Shown here: piece after piece, positions 25,675-37,490 of the stretch
Position numbering within the stretch: the first letter of the stretch is position 1
Layout of the letters: each line of letters opens with the position of its first letter
From: Macrostomum hystrix
Lineage: Eukaryota > Animalia > Platyhelminthes
Direction: 5' to 3'
DNA length: 64,000 nucleotides
Assembly: GCA_950097015.1 (NCBI GenBank)
Contig: CATNEN010000001.1
Coordinates: 1,736,001 to 1,800,000 of the forward strand
Notes under the pieces: generated by a model
The model's database searches: none
What the model was told of the DNA's origin: nothing
The model's input: only the letters and a program-made list of their open reading frames with translations
Position numbers and translations under genes: made by a program

Positions 25675-26427
25675 CATCTCTCTCTTAATCTCTCCTTATC
25701 AATCTCTCCCTATCACCCACCCGTAGATATATACACTGTCTTCAATTAGCTCACAAACCTACAATCAAAGCTTGTTGTCCACTTTTGTCCACTAAACGGT
25801 GAATGCCTCAACACACGGGTATGTAGCCAGCTAAAAGCTATGCAACAAGAAGCTCACAGTGTATTAGGAAATGCTTGTCACACTAATTAATACACGTCAG
25901 TCAAGCAAACTTTGGCAAATATACTCAAATTCCTAATAAATGTTGCATTATTAGCATTATTATCGGATATTGAACGAGTGTAATAAGGCAGCATGTCAGG
26001 CAAAATGTTAGCCAACTCTCGGACTCATAATTGTCTGTTTTTTAATTCTGTACATTAACACGAACATCCGGACTGTGTGTGCTGTTCAACACTTGGCTGC
26101 CAGTCGCCAACAAATCGCTGATGCATGCCAATAAAATGCTTCGAAAATTGTATTTGCACAACGAACAGCCACACTTATATGGTATTACTAGCAATGTTCC
26201 TTCATGAGCACTGGCAAGTGACAGGAAGACTCACTGCCTCAACTATTTACCCTCGTGTTTGTATAGAGGCAGAAATTGCTGCTTCTGTTGAATTTTAGTC
26301 ATTTTCTGCTTTTTTGGCAGGTTTATCAATAATTTTGACACCAGCTGCGGAATTAGATGAAAGGTAGACAAAGGTAGTAAACTAATTGGTGGATAGGAAA
26401 GTAGAGCGAAGAAAAAGCTTTTAACAC

Positions 26428-26700
26428 TAGAGAGTCCAGAACATAGACTAGAGAGTCTAGACCATAGACTAGAGAGTCTAGACCATAGACTAGAGAGTCT
26501 AGACCATAGACTAGAGAGTCTAGACCATAAACTAGAGAGTCTAGACCATAGACTAGAGAGTCTAGACCATAGACTAGGGAGTCTATACCATAGACTAGAG
26601 AATATAGACCATAGACTAGAGAGTCTGGACCATAGACTAGGGAGTCTGGACCATAGACTAGAGAGTCTGGACCATAGACTAGAGAGTCTAGACTATATAG
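26428..26700. repeat. 21-bp minisatellite (actagagagtctagaccatag)n
   Basis: Tandem array. Confidence 0.9.
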
Positions 26701-27502
26701 ACTATAGTCTTTGAAATGATAATTCCAGGAGGAACTATATTTCCAGAGATAATTATCTCTACTTACTTGCCGTTCAGTTTGTTAAACATGCAATCTCCAT
26801 GGTCGAGAATTTTTCTATCTTGTTTAAATCGGGCCGTAATCTTGTAGAATGTATATATATATAAGTGGCGCACAAGACATGCCACATGCCGTTGCATCGA
26901 CTGTAGCTTAGAAACTCATAATCCTATATACTTCTCAAATAGTAAATATTAATATTTACTCTGATCCTCTTTCTAAAACGCGTCCCTGAGTATATTCTAG
27001 TAGCCATTTTATAATAAACTAAATAATGACATACGACAAGTGTGGCAACTATTTAGAGATAGATTTTCGCGAGGGAGGGGGAATAAATCATTTTGATAAA
27101 GTTTGCATATTTAAGATACAGTCCTAAGGGTGTTTGCTCAATCTGTCTGGCGGCAAAGAAATATCCTCAATAGACTATAAAGATTTGTTTCATATTTCAA
27201 TCTCTTGGATTGTCTCTAAAAATTTGGGAACAACCGCCTTATCGCCAAAATTTCTTGTTGGCACACACGACACAATCATCCCTTTAGGTTTGTTCTGTCA
27301 ATATTGCCGCTAATAATTCCTTAAAATCCTTCCCATACTTTACTTAAGCTAGCGGCCACATTGCCAGTTTCCCATGGCGGTGTCTCGCTTACAGCTGTGT
27401 GTCTGGTTGCTATGGGATAAACTACAGTGTTTTGGGAAGACACAAAATTATCAGTTTCGGCGATTGCGAAAAATCCCATTATATATGGGCCTATATTAAT
27501 CG

Positions 27503-27731
27503 AGGACCACTAGAAGAAGAAGGACGGGAAACTTTGTTTCTTTGAAAATTTATTCAAAACTGTGGGTGCATTAGAAGCATTCTAAAACTCGCTGAAACAT
27601 TATGAACATTTTTATGTGAGAAAATTGAAAAATTCCTATCTCGCCAGTGCATTTTTTCCGTGAAAATCATCAGGATTTAAAATTTATTTCCTAGAAACTA
27701 AGTACCGTGTCCTTCTTCTTCTGGTGGTCCT
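27503..27731. mobile_element. MITE-like element with 23-bp terminal inverted repeats
   Basis: aggaccactagaagaagaaggac (27503-27525) vs gtccttcttcttctggtggtcct (27709-27731): 22/23 reverse-complement match around an AT-rich non-coding interior. No clear TSD. Confidence 0.65.
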
Positions 27732-27856
27732 TGAAATAAATATAATTTAACAGTAAAATTTTCTGTTTCCACGCGCCCTGCTTATCGTCTCTGCGCTGAG
27801 TTAGTTAAAACAAACTATATTATCCCAAGTCCCAACACTATTTTTGCATATCCCAA

Positions 27857-27964
27857 CCAATGGGCGATTGCCCAGATCCCAATCTCCCGGTCGGAGGGGA
27901 GATCCGACCAACGGACCAATCCGGTGGGAGCGGCCTGTCACAGTGGAGCCGCCCAATTTAAATG
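27857..27964 (+). promoter_or_regulatory. FoxD proximal promoter: four CCAAT boxes and a TATA-like tttaaat
   Basis: CCAAT at 27857, 27879, 27916 and 27953 in a GC-rich patch 110-210 bp upstream of the ATG. Confidence 0.55.
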
Positions 27965-28067
27965 CCTTCTTTTCCAATTCCTCTATTTTTCAAATCCCAT
28001 TTTCGAGTGAAACTGATTTTATTCGATAATAAAAGAGTCACTATTTCATTTTAAAATCCTCTGAATC

Positions 28068-28102
28068 ATGATGCTACCACCGGTTGGGTACTCGAGTTGC
28101 AC

Positions 28103-28151
<49 letters not shown>

Positions 28152-29339
28152 GAGCAGTCAGCGGCAGCAGCAGCCGTTGCAGCGCACCATCTCAACAACA
28201 TGATGCAAATAGGCGAGGATGAAGAACCCGACGAGGAAGCCGGACCTGATATTGACGACGAAGACGATCAAGAAGACATTGGCGACTACGCTGATGACGA
28301 GGAGTTGGACGGAGCGAACGAGGCTGCTTCGACTAGCACAGCTCAGCAGCAGCAGCAGCAGCAGCAGTCGGGATCGCAAAAAAAGCGAAGTCACCATGTG
28401 AAGCCGCCCTACAGCTACATCGCGCTGATCACAATGGCCATCCTACAGTCAGGCAGCAGGAAACTCACGCTTAGCGGCATCTGCGAGTTCATCATGAACC
28501 GCTTTCCGTATTATAAGGAGAGGTGAGTCACTGCCTGGGGGCGGATAAACGTTTGAAGTGTCGGATGAAGATTTTAAGGGAGCGAATGAAGGTTTGAAGG
28601 GGGCGGATGAAGGGTTAAGAAGGGGGGCGGATGAAGGGGGCGGATGAAGGGGGCGGATGAAGGGGGCGGATGAAGGGGTGGATGAAGGATTAAGAAGGGG
28701 GCGGATGAAGAGGGCGGATGAAGGGTTAAGAAAGGCGGCGGATGAAGGGTTAAGAAGGGGGCGGATGAAGGGTTAAGAACGGGGCGGATGAACTGTTAAC
28801 AAGGGGGGATGAAGGGTTAAGAAGGGGGCGGATGAATGGGGCGGATGAAGGGTTAAGAAGGGCGCATGAAGGGTTAAGAAAGGGGCGGATGAAGGGTTAA
28901 GAAGGGAGCGGATGAAGGGTTAAGAAGGGAGCGGATGAAGGGTTAAGAAGGGAGCGGATGAAGGGTTAAGAAGGGAGCGGATGAAGGGTTAAGAAGGGAG
29001 CGGATGAAGGGTTAAGAAGGGAGCGGATGAGGGGTTGAGAAGGGGGCGGATGAAGGGCTAAGTATCAAGGCCCTTGAGCATAGATTGAGAAACTATTGTT
29101 ATTAATTCCATAAAACGAAACATTACTATTCTGATACTAATGAGACTGAAGAAAAACACAATAAACATGACTGGAATATTCAATGAAACTCAGATTTTTT
29201 CATAAACAAAGCATTCTGAAATATAGATAAATTAGAGTTATAGAAATTGAAGCAACACTGATTTATGCCAATGTTTATACACAATATTGCGGGATGCGAA
29301 TAAGCGCGGTTCGTGCCATTTTAACAATTTAGAAAACAT

Positions 29340-29384
<45 letters not shown>

Positions 29385-30957
29385 GTGTTTGCATGGATCT
29401 GTTGCTATGTGGCTCTGTTTTTGGCCGCATAGATAGTACGAGCTAAGAAGCCAAAGAAGCCTGCCTAGCCGTATTAGTTTTGCAAGGAAGAAAATATATA
29501 ATCACTCGGTTGCGGTCAGTAGGAACAACCGCGGTATTCTTAATGCCAGTGGGTGGTCCGGGGCCATATAATAAAGGCGTTTGTGAATTTGACTGGCACA
29601 ACCGAATTCACAACGAAAATTCTTCCAATTCTTCTTGTAGAATAATATTCTTTGAATTTTAACCTTCTTGGCAAACTCTAAACAATGGCACTCTCTTTAT
29701 TGACTACATTTTCTGTTTTTATGTTTTCCAGTTAAATTCAACATATATTTCAGAATACTTCTATTGTATAGGCATTGTTAATTTATTATGCCCGCCAGAT
29801 TTTCCTCTGATTTCTAAAGAAAACTAAAATACTCATTCTCCCCCCTTTCGTTCTACCTCTATCATTCTCCCCTCTCATTCTCGCCTCCCATTCTTCCCTC
29901 TCATTGTCCCCTCTCATTGTCCCCTCTCATTCTCCCTCTCTCATTCTTCCCTCTCATTGTCCCCTCTCATTGTCCCCTCTCATTGTCCCCTCTCATTCTC
30001 CCCTCTCATTCTCCCCTCTCATTCTCCCCTCTCATTGTCCCCTCTCATTCTCCCCTCTCATTCTCCCCTCTCATTCTCCCCTCTCATTCTTCCTTCTCAT
30101 TCTCCTCCTATCATTATCCCCTCTCATTGTCCGCTCTCATTCTCCCCTCCCATTCTCCCATCTCATTCTCCCCCTCTCATTCTCCACTCTAACTATTCAG
30201 TCTCTAGTCTATGGCAATCCCAACCAATGATCTCCATCCATGGGCAAATTCTCGCAGATTCCCAGCCTGGCAGAACAGCATCCGTCACAACCTGTCCCTG
30301 AACGACTGCTTTGTGAAGATTCCGCGCGAGCCAGGAAACCCCGGCAAGGGCAACTACTGGACCCTGGATCCCCAGTCCGAGGACATGTTCGACAATGGCA
30401 GCTTCCTGCGTAGGCGGAAGCGTTACAAGCGGCAGTCCATGGTGCCCGACCTGTTCGTCGGTCCGCCGGGTTTCTTAGGGCCGCACTTCAATGCCCATCT
30501 GGCCGCAGCTCACCAGCATCATCACCAGCATCATCACCAGCATCATCACCAGGCTCCGCCGCCGCCGCCACCACAGATGCCGTTTCATCTGCCTCCACCG
30601 TTTGGCCTGATGCCTCCTCCGCCTCCTCCGCCGTCATCGAAGTCGCTAGCTTCACCTAAGACTGCGTCGACTAGCAAGACTTTTACCATAGACAGTTTGA
30701 TCAGCAAATCGGACAGCTCCGCCGCCGCCGCCATCGCCGCCGCTCCTGTCGTCTCGTCGGCGGCTTCAGTTGCCGCCGCGGCCGCCGCCGCCGCCGCCGC
30801 AGCAGCTGGCTATCCGCCATTGATTCGCCTGCCACAGCATCAGCAGCAGCCGCCGCTACCGCCGCTGCCACCGCATCCTCAGTTTGATCTGGCCATCTAT
30901 CAGAAACTCGTGGCAGCTTCTGCCGGTCTGCTACCGCCGACCTCTTGGCTTGGCTGA
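28068..30957 (+). CDS. FoxD: Forkhead transcription factor, FoxD class, 2 exons: 28068-28522, 30258-30957
   Basis: [18 protein letters not shown]...[20 protein letters not shown]|[58 protein letters not shown] is the FoxD-type forkhead domain. Acidic N-terminal patch; eh1 motif FTIDSLI (30682-30702); phase-2 GT-AG intron 28523-30257. Confidence 0.96.
28537..29060. repeat. About 23-bp G-rich minisatellite (ggatgaagggttaagaagggagc)n, FoxD intron
   Basis: Tandem array next to the donor site. Confidence 0.9.
29340..29381. repeat. (CAG)14 microsatellite, FoxD intron
   Basis: Directly visible. Confidence 0.9.
29833..30190. repeat. 13-bp pyrimidine-rich repeat (attctcccctctc)n, FoxD intron
   Basis: Tandem array near the acceptor site. 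Confidence 0.9.
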
Positions 30958-31871
30958 GCACCTGTTGAGTACACAGATACCGTAGCAACGGATTTATATG
31001 CTTTTCATATAACTGTGTTTGAAAAAAAGTAAATTGCTAAGTTTTAGCATCGAGATCTCGCTCGTTAAGTATAGAAAATGTTCTTTTCTGCGTACATGAC
31101 CCTTTGTACCGTACAGTACACCGATTCACTAACTCTATATCCTCATTTCACGCAATGCCAAGATGAATTACTTTTTTACTAATCTACCCACCTAGGCGAT
31201 TACCCAAATTTCTACCCACCCTCCCACCCTGATTACACAAATCTGTCTAATTAGATGAATGAACTGGTTTAACTGAACAAACTATTCTACATGCCATTCC
31301 ATGCATTGAAAGCGCTGAAATAAAAAAACTGTCCGTATGAATTTCAGCTGCTGGTTAAAACAAAACTCTCGCGCGAAAATACAAAAATCAATTTTTTGTT
31401 ATTCTCATTGCATGCCAATCGCTCTGAACAATTTACAAAATTTATTTGTTTTTAGCTGTTGAATCAAATACCGTTATCGCTTTTTGATATTGTACAGTCT
31501 CTTTTGTTTTTGTCTTTTTTTCTTTGTTTAAATTTGATGCCTTTCGCACCGATTCAAATTCAAAACTTGTCTTTTGAATTCACAACGTTTTACATATTCT
31601 GAATCTTTCTGACCATCAAGTTAAATGCACCAATCTGCTTAATTAGTAACAAATCTGATTTACCGAATATCATACCATGAATGTACTTTTTGCTCTTTGT
31701 TTTATTGCGAGAATAAATTGCATGAAATCTCTTCTGTTTAATACATAGTTTCTATGCGCACGGATCGATTGTACACCACTGTCAAATGGTCATTGTAAAG
31801 ATTTATTTATCTAACAATATTTATTAATTGAATATACTGAATTTATAATTGTAAAAAACAATATTGTGTCA

Positions 31872-32618
31872 CGATTTTGGGATTCTGGTTGTTTCGGGAT
31901 TCGGATCGTTTCGGGATTCTGATAGATTCGGGATTCTGATAGATTCGGGATTCTGATAGATTCGGGATTCTTATAGATTCGGGATTCTGATAAGATTCGG
32001 GATTGTGATAGTTTCGGGATTGTGATAGATTCGGGATTGTGATAGATTCGGAATTCTGATCGTTTCGGAATTCTGATAGTTTCGGGATTGTGATAGTTTC
32101 GGGATTTTGATAGTTTCGGGATTGTGATAGTTTCGGGATTCTGATATATTCGGGATTGTGATAGATTCGGGATTGTGATAGTTTCGGGATTCTGATAGAT
32201 TCGGAATTCTGATAGTTTCGGGATTGTGATAGTTTCGGAATTCTGATAGATTCGGGATTGTGATAGTTTCGGGATTCTGATAGATTCGGGATTCTGATAG
32301 ATTCGGAATTCTGATAGATTCGGAATTCTGATAGATTCGGGATTCTGATAGATTCGGGATTCTGATAGATTCGGGATTCTGATAGTTTCGGGATTCTGAT
32401 AGATTCGGAATTCTGATAGATTCGGGATTCTGATAGATTCGGGATTCGGATCGTTTCGGAATTCTGATAGTTTCGGGATTCTGATAGATTCGGAATTCTG
32501 ATAGATTCGGGATTCTGATAGATTCGGGATTCGGATCGTTTCGGAATTCTGATAGTTTCGGGATTCTGATAGTTTCGGGATTCGGATCGTTTCGGAATTC
32601 TGATAGTTTCGGGATTAT
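31872..32618. repeat. 17-bp minisatellite (gatagattcgggattct)n
   Basis: Tandem array. Confidence 0.95.
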
Positions 32619-33934
32619 TGTAACGAACTCCCTGACTCGAAAGTAACGCTCTGAACTTTATAATATACCCAGCGCTGGTTTCTTGAACAAAACTAAACAA
32701 AACCAAAGCACAATTTTCGCCAACTGTTAAAGAAATATTTTTACAAGTCTGACTCTGAAAGGAAAAGCTGAGAAAACGCCGCAACTATGCTCAAAGGAAG
32801 CTCTAACTCGGGGAAAGGCACTGACTGTAGAGAAAAGTTACTGAGATGTGTTTGACGATTAAATATTTGTGATAGAGAGAGTGAGTGAGTGAGTGAGTGT
32901 GAGTTGACACAACACCAGCTTTATACCTGGGAAATCTCAGAAATTTGGCTTGCAAAACACAAAATGCGTGTGTTTAGAGCTGTATAGCTGTTTTCATACT
33001 CAAAGCGGCAGTTGTGACAAATGCGATCTGAAAAGGAAATTTTAAGAAAAAAAATTGTGTCGGGTTTGGGGCTGGGGTTTGGTCCCTAATGTAAACAGAA
33101 GTCAAATCCAGCAGATCTAAAAATACAAGCATTTATGCAGCCCGTTTTCGTATTTGTTGAGGCCATTTTTAAAGACACACGCCATCAAACACCTGCTTGC
33201 CCTACTCTCTCTAACTTTCTCTCTTTTTAAAAACACATTTCTAGTCTGCTTTTTGTTTCTGATTCTCAACATTTTAGTGGCCTGCATCCATAGTTTAGTG
33301 GCCAACAACACCCATACCTCATTCACGCTCTCACCCTATCTCACCCTCTCTCACCATCTGTCACCCTCTCTCATCCTCTGTCACCCTCTGTCACCCTCTG
33401 TCACCCTCTCTCACCCTCTCTCACCCTCTGTCACCCTCTCTCACCCTCTGTCACCCTCTTTCACCCTCTGTCACCCTCTCTCACCCTCTCTCACCATCTG
33501 TCACCCTCTCTCATCCTCTGTCACCCTCTCTCACCCTCTGTCACCCTCTGTCACCCTCTCTCACCCTCTCTCACCCTCTGTCACCCTCTCTCACCCTCTC
33601 TCACCCTCTCTCACCCTCTGTCACCCTCTCTCACCCTCTCTCACCCTCTCTCACCCTCTGTCATCCTCTTTCACCCTCTGTCACCCTCTCTCACCCTCTC
33701 TCACCATCTGTCACCCTCTCTCATCCTCTGTCACCCTCTCTCACCCTCTGTCACCCTCTGTCACCCTCTCTCACCCTCTCTCACCCTCTGTCACCCTCTC
33801 TCACCCTCTCTCACCCTCTCTCACCCTCTGTCACCCTCTCTCACCCTCTCTCACCCTCTGTCACCCTCTGTCACCCTCTCTCACCCTCTCTCACCCTCTG
33901 TCACCCTCTCTCAACCTCTGTCACCCTCTGTCAC

Positions 33935-34330
33935 AATTCAATGGGCAGTGTCCTCTCTCCTCTCTCCCGCTCTCTCTCTCCCTCTCTCCCTCTCTCTCTC
34001 AGGCCAGCACCGGCGTCTCGTACGACCGAGTCAGTGCCACGGAGTTGAGTGAGTATGGATTGAGTTGCGGGGCGCTGCCGAATCGATTACGATATGTTGA
34101 GATTGAAAGCTGGATTTGAACAAGCGCCTATAGCCTAATGGCTAGAGCGCTAGGCTAGACTCTACTGATGAGCTCCAATAAGAGCGAAACGCGTCTGGAG
34201 TTGCCTTGGTTCGAATCCTGATTTCAATTTTTTCGATACATATCGGAATCGATTCCAACATTAGATTTTTGAAATTCAATGGGCAGTGTCCTCTCTCCTC
34301 TCTCCCGCTCTCTCTCTCCCTCTCTCCCTC
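33935..34330 (+). mobile_element. Retrozyme-like / SINE-like element: 338-bp unit plus 58-bp terminal redundancy, carrying Pol III boxes and a hammerhead ribozyme
   Basis: 33935-33992 is identical to 34273-34330. Interior has A box TAGCCTAATGG (34131-34141), B box GGTTCGAATCC (34208-34218), a T6 run (34228-34233), a hammerhead, and nested inverted repeats. Confidence 0.7.
34152..34206 (+). ncRNA. Type I hammerhead ribozyme
   Basis: Stem I aggc-ua-gacucua (34152-34164) pairs with uggaguu-gccu (34196-34206). Core CUGAUGA 34165-34171; stem II gcuc/gagc with loop caauaa; GAAA 34186-34189; minimal palindromic stem III acgcgu; GUC cleavage triplet 34193-34195. All conserved core nucleotides are present. 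Confidence 0.88.
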
Positions 34331-35227
34331 CCTCTCTCACCCTCTGTCACCCTCTGTCACCCTCTCTCACCCTCTCTCACCATCTGTCACCCTCTCTCAC
34401 CCTCTGTCACACTCTCTCACCCTGTCACTCTCTGTCACTCTCCGTCACCCACTCTCACCCTCTCAGGCCCTCTCTCACCCTCCCAGCCTTTTAATTTGTT
34501 ACCAGAACACTGAAGCAGATTAACCGGTTTTTCAACGACACTAAACCGAGTGACTAAAATCGTCTTATATGTATCTGATGAGCTAGTTAGTAGAAGCTTG
34601 TAAATACTATAGTCCCATAAATTATCCTACCAATCCTTAACCATTAGGCAAATTATTAATTAAACCTATGACAAACTGACGCACCTGGCTAATCGTTTAT
34701 ACCGCCACCTGTATTTGCAGCTTCTCTACGCTTCGTGTGTAGCCGTTTAGAGTTGCACGGATACCATTTTGTGTGTCTGTCTGTCTGTTTTCATTGAAAC
34801 TTACTGATGAGAATAACCGATGCCGTCGTCTGTATATACATATACGCTGGGCTGTTAAAACAAAAACTAGGCTTGCTTAAGTTTGCCAGATACGCAGCCT
34901 TGCCTGTGTGTGTGTGTGTTTATGAATTCTGAACAAAACAATCGTTATTTTGGCCGGTACTAACACGCGCTATAGAAGAAGAAGAAGATAGTTGATGAGG
35001 CGTCAGCCGATAGCGCTAGGCTCAGGTAATGGCATTAACAGACTATAATGACGCGGCGTTGCAGTATTATAGAACTTCTGTGTATAGTGTTTTAACAGAT
35101 TGTGTGGCGTTAACATTTTTCAACAACGCCCGTAAAAGCAAGCAACTTACAATGCGCTAGACAAACAATTTTATTCCATGGGATTGCATGGGTTTTGCGG
35201 GGGAAAAATACTCATATGAAATCATCG

Positions 35228-36215
35228 AGAATAGATGTGAGATTTGGGGAGAATAGATGTAGGATTGGGATTGGGGGAGAATAGATGTAGGATTGGGGGA
35301 GAATAGATAGGAGATGGGGAAATAGATGTGAGATGGGGAAATAGATGTGAGATAGGGTAGAATAGATGTGAGGTTAGGGAGAATAGACGTGATGTTAGGG
35401 AGAATAGATGTGAGGTTAGGGAGGGTAGACGTGATGTTAGGGAGAATAGATGTGAGGTTAGGGAGAATAGACGTGATGTTAGGGAGAATAGATGTGAGGT
35501 TAGGGAGAATAGACGTGATGTTAGGGAGAATAGATGTGATGTTAGGGAGAATAGATGTGATGTTAGGGAGAATAGATGTGAGGTTAAGGAGAATAGATGT
35601 GATGTAAGGGAGAATAGATGTGAGGTTAAGGAGAATAGATGTGAGGTTAGGGAGGGTAGACGTGATGTTAGGGAGAATAGATGTGATGTTAGGGAGGGTA
35701 GATATGAGGTTAGGGAGAATAGACGTGATGTTAGGGAGAATAGATGTGATGTTAGGGAGAATAGATTTGATGTTAGGGAGAATAGATGTGATTTTAGGGA
35801 GAATAGATGTGAGGTTAGGGAGAATAGATGTGAGGTTAGGGAGAATAGATGTGAGGTTAGGGAGAATAGATATTAGGTTAGGGAGAATAGACGTGATGTT
35901 AGGGAGAATAGACGTGATGTTAGGCAGAATAGATGTGATGTTAGGGAGAATAGATGTGAGGTTAGGGAGAATAGATAGGAGGTTAGGGAGAATAGACGTG
36001 ATGTTAGGGAGAATGGACGTGATGTTAGGGAGAATAGATGTGAGGTTAGGGAGAATAGATATGAGGTTAGGGAGAATAGACGTGATGTTAGGGAGAATGG
36101 ACGTGATGTTAGGGAGAATAGATGTGATGTTAGGGAGAATAGATGTGATGTTAGGGAGAATAGATGTGAGGTTAGGGAGAATAGACGTGATGTTAGGCAG
36201 AATAGACGTGAGATT
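35228..36215. repeat. 21-bp minisatellite (gggagaatagatgtgatgtta)n
   Basis: Tandem array; a related array in opposite orientation lies at 36908-37490. Confidence 0.95.
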
Positions 36216-36907
36216 AATAAAGAATGAGATGAAAATAGTCGAGTATGATTAAACTAACCAGTACCAAAATAGATGTAGCGGAAATTTCAATTTGTATCGT
36301 CAAACAATGCGGTCTCTAATCTCATTAAAACGAAAAGCTTACTCGGCAGAAACTTAGACCATCTACGAATCTGGCAAGCTATAACGATGCCCCTGTTATC
36401 ATTTCGCGGTTATTTTTCTAAGACCTTTATTAGACTAGGGAACCTGCTTTACGGCACAAGGTGTTTTCGTTTGTTCGCTCATCGAATAACTTGGCGGGGG
36501 GCTCAGATTCAGTGTAGAATAAGAAAACAAGAGCACACACCGCCCACCACACACCTCAATCAATCTAACAGCCACTGTAGATACTATATATGCTTTTAGT
36601 TGCTTGTTCTTGTACATCAACTGGTCCGCAGGATGTGCCTGTTTAAATAATAATAAAATTGTTAGGCAAAAAATGGTTGAGAAATTCTACCAAGTAGTCT
36701 GGCGCAGATTGGGTCATTATTTTCTTTAACATCCCAAAGCCTATATTAGCCTCATCCCTGTAGTGTGTTCGCTTATGGCACACTTAATTTGGTTTATAAG
36801 TGTGTGTAAAATGATATTATGCCCTGGTCTGGTAAATGCGCTGCCTGCGAATATGGCTCTACAGATAAGATATGAAATTCAATCTCTAGTTGTCTTGTGC
36901 TGCCGCT

Positions 36908-37490
36908 TATCTATTCTCCCCAAATCTCATATCTATTCTCTATAATCTCACATCTATTCTCTACAATCTCACATCTATTCTCCCCAAATCTCATATCTAT
37001 TCTCTACAATCTCATATCTATTCTCTACAATCTCACATCTATTCTCCCTAATCTCACATCTATTCTCCCCAAATCTCATATCTATTCTCTACAATCTCAC
37101 ATCTATTCTCCCCAAATCTCATATCTATTCTCACAATCTCACATCTATTCTCCCCAAATCTCATATCTATTCTCTACAATCTCACATCTATTCTCCCCAA
37201 TCCCAAATCTATTCTCCCCAATCTCATATCTATTCTCTACAATCTCACATCTATTCTCCCCAATCTCACATCTATTCTCCCCAATCTCATATCTATTCTC
37301 TACAATATCACATCTATTCTTCCCGATCTCAAATCTATTCTCCCTAATCTCATATCTTTTCTCCCCAATCTCATGTCTATTCTCCTATAACCTGATATCT
37401 ATTCTCCTCCAATCTCACATCTATTCTCCCCCAATCTCACATTTATTTTCGTGTAGATTATAGATTCTACCTAATCTTACATCTATTCTC
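36908..37490. repeat. 20-22-bp minisatellite (tctcacatctattctccccaa)n, reverse complement of the 35.2-36.2 kb family
   Basis: acatctattctccc is the reverse complement of gggagaatagatgt. Confidence 0.9.

Larger units (their letters stand above)
33320..34480. repeat. 10-bp satellite (tcaccctctc/g)n interrupted by the ribozyme-bearing element at 33935-34330
   Basis: Array at about 33320-33934 resumes at about 34335-34480. Confidence 0.9.

Noticed and set aside
29340-29381. (CAG)14 in the FoxD intron as a polyQ micro-exon
   Set aside because: No convincing splice sites, and inclusion would disrupt the forkhead domain.
34124-34225. Possible true tRNA gene with an intron
   Set aside because: A and B boxes are present, but the T-stem pairs only partly, there is no acceptor stem and no anticodon arm; the interior is a hammerhead.
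34575-34815. Further CTGATGAG words at about 34575 and 34805
   Set aside because: Not followed by a stem II plus GAAA and NUH with a pairing stem I.
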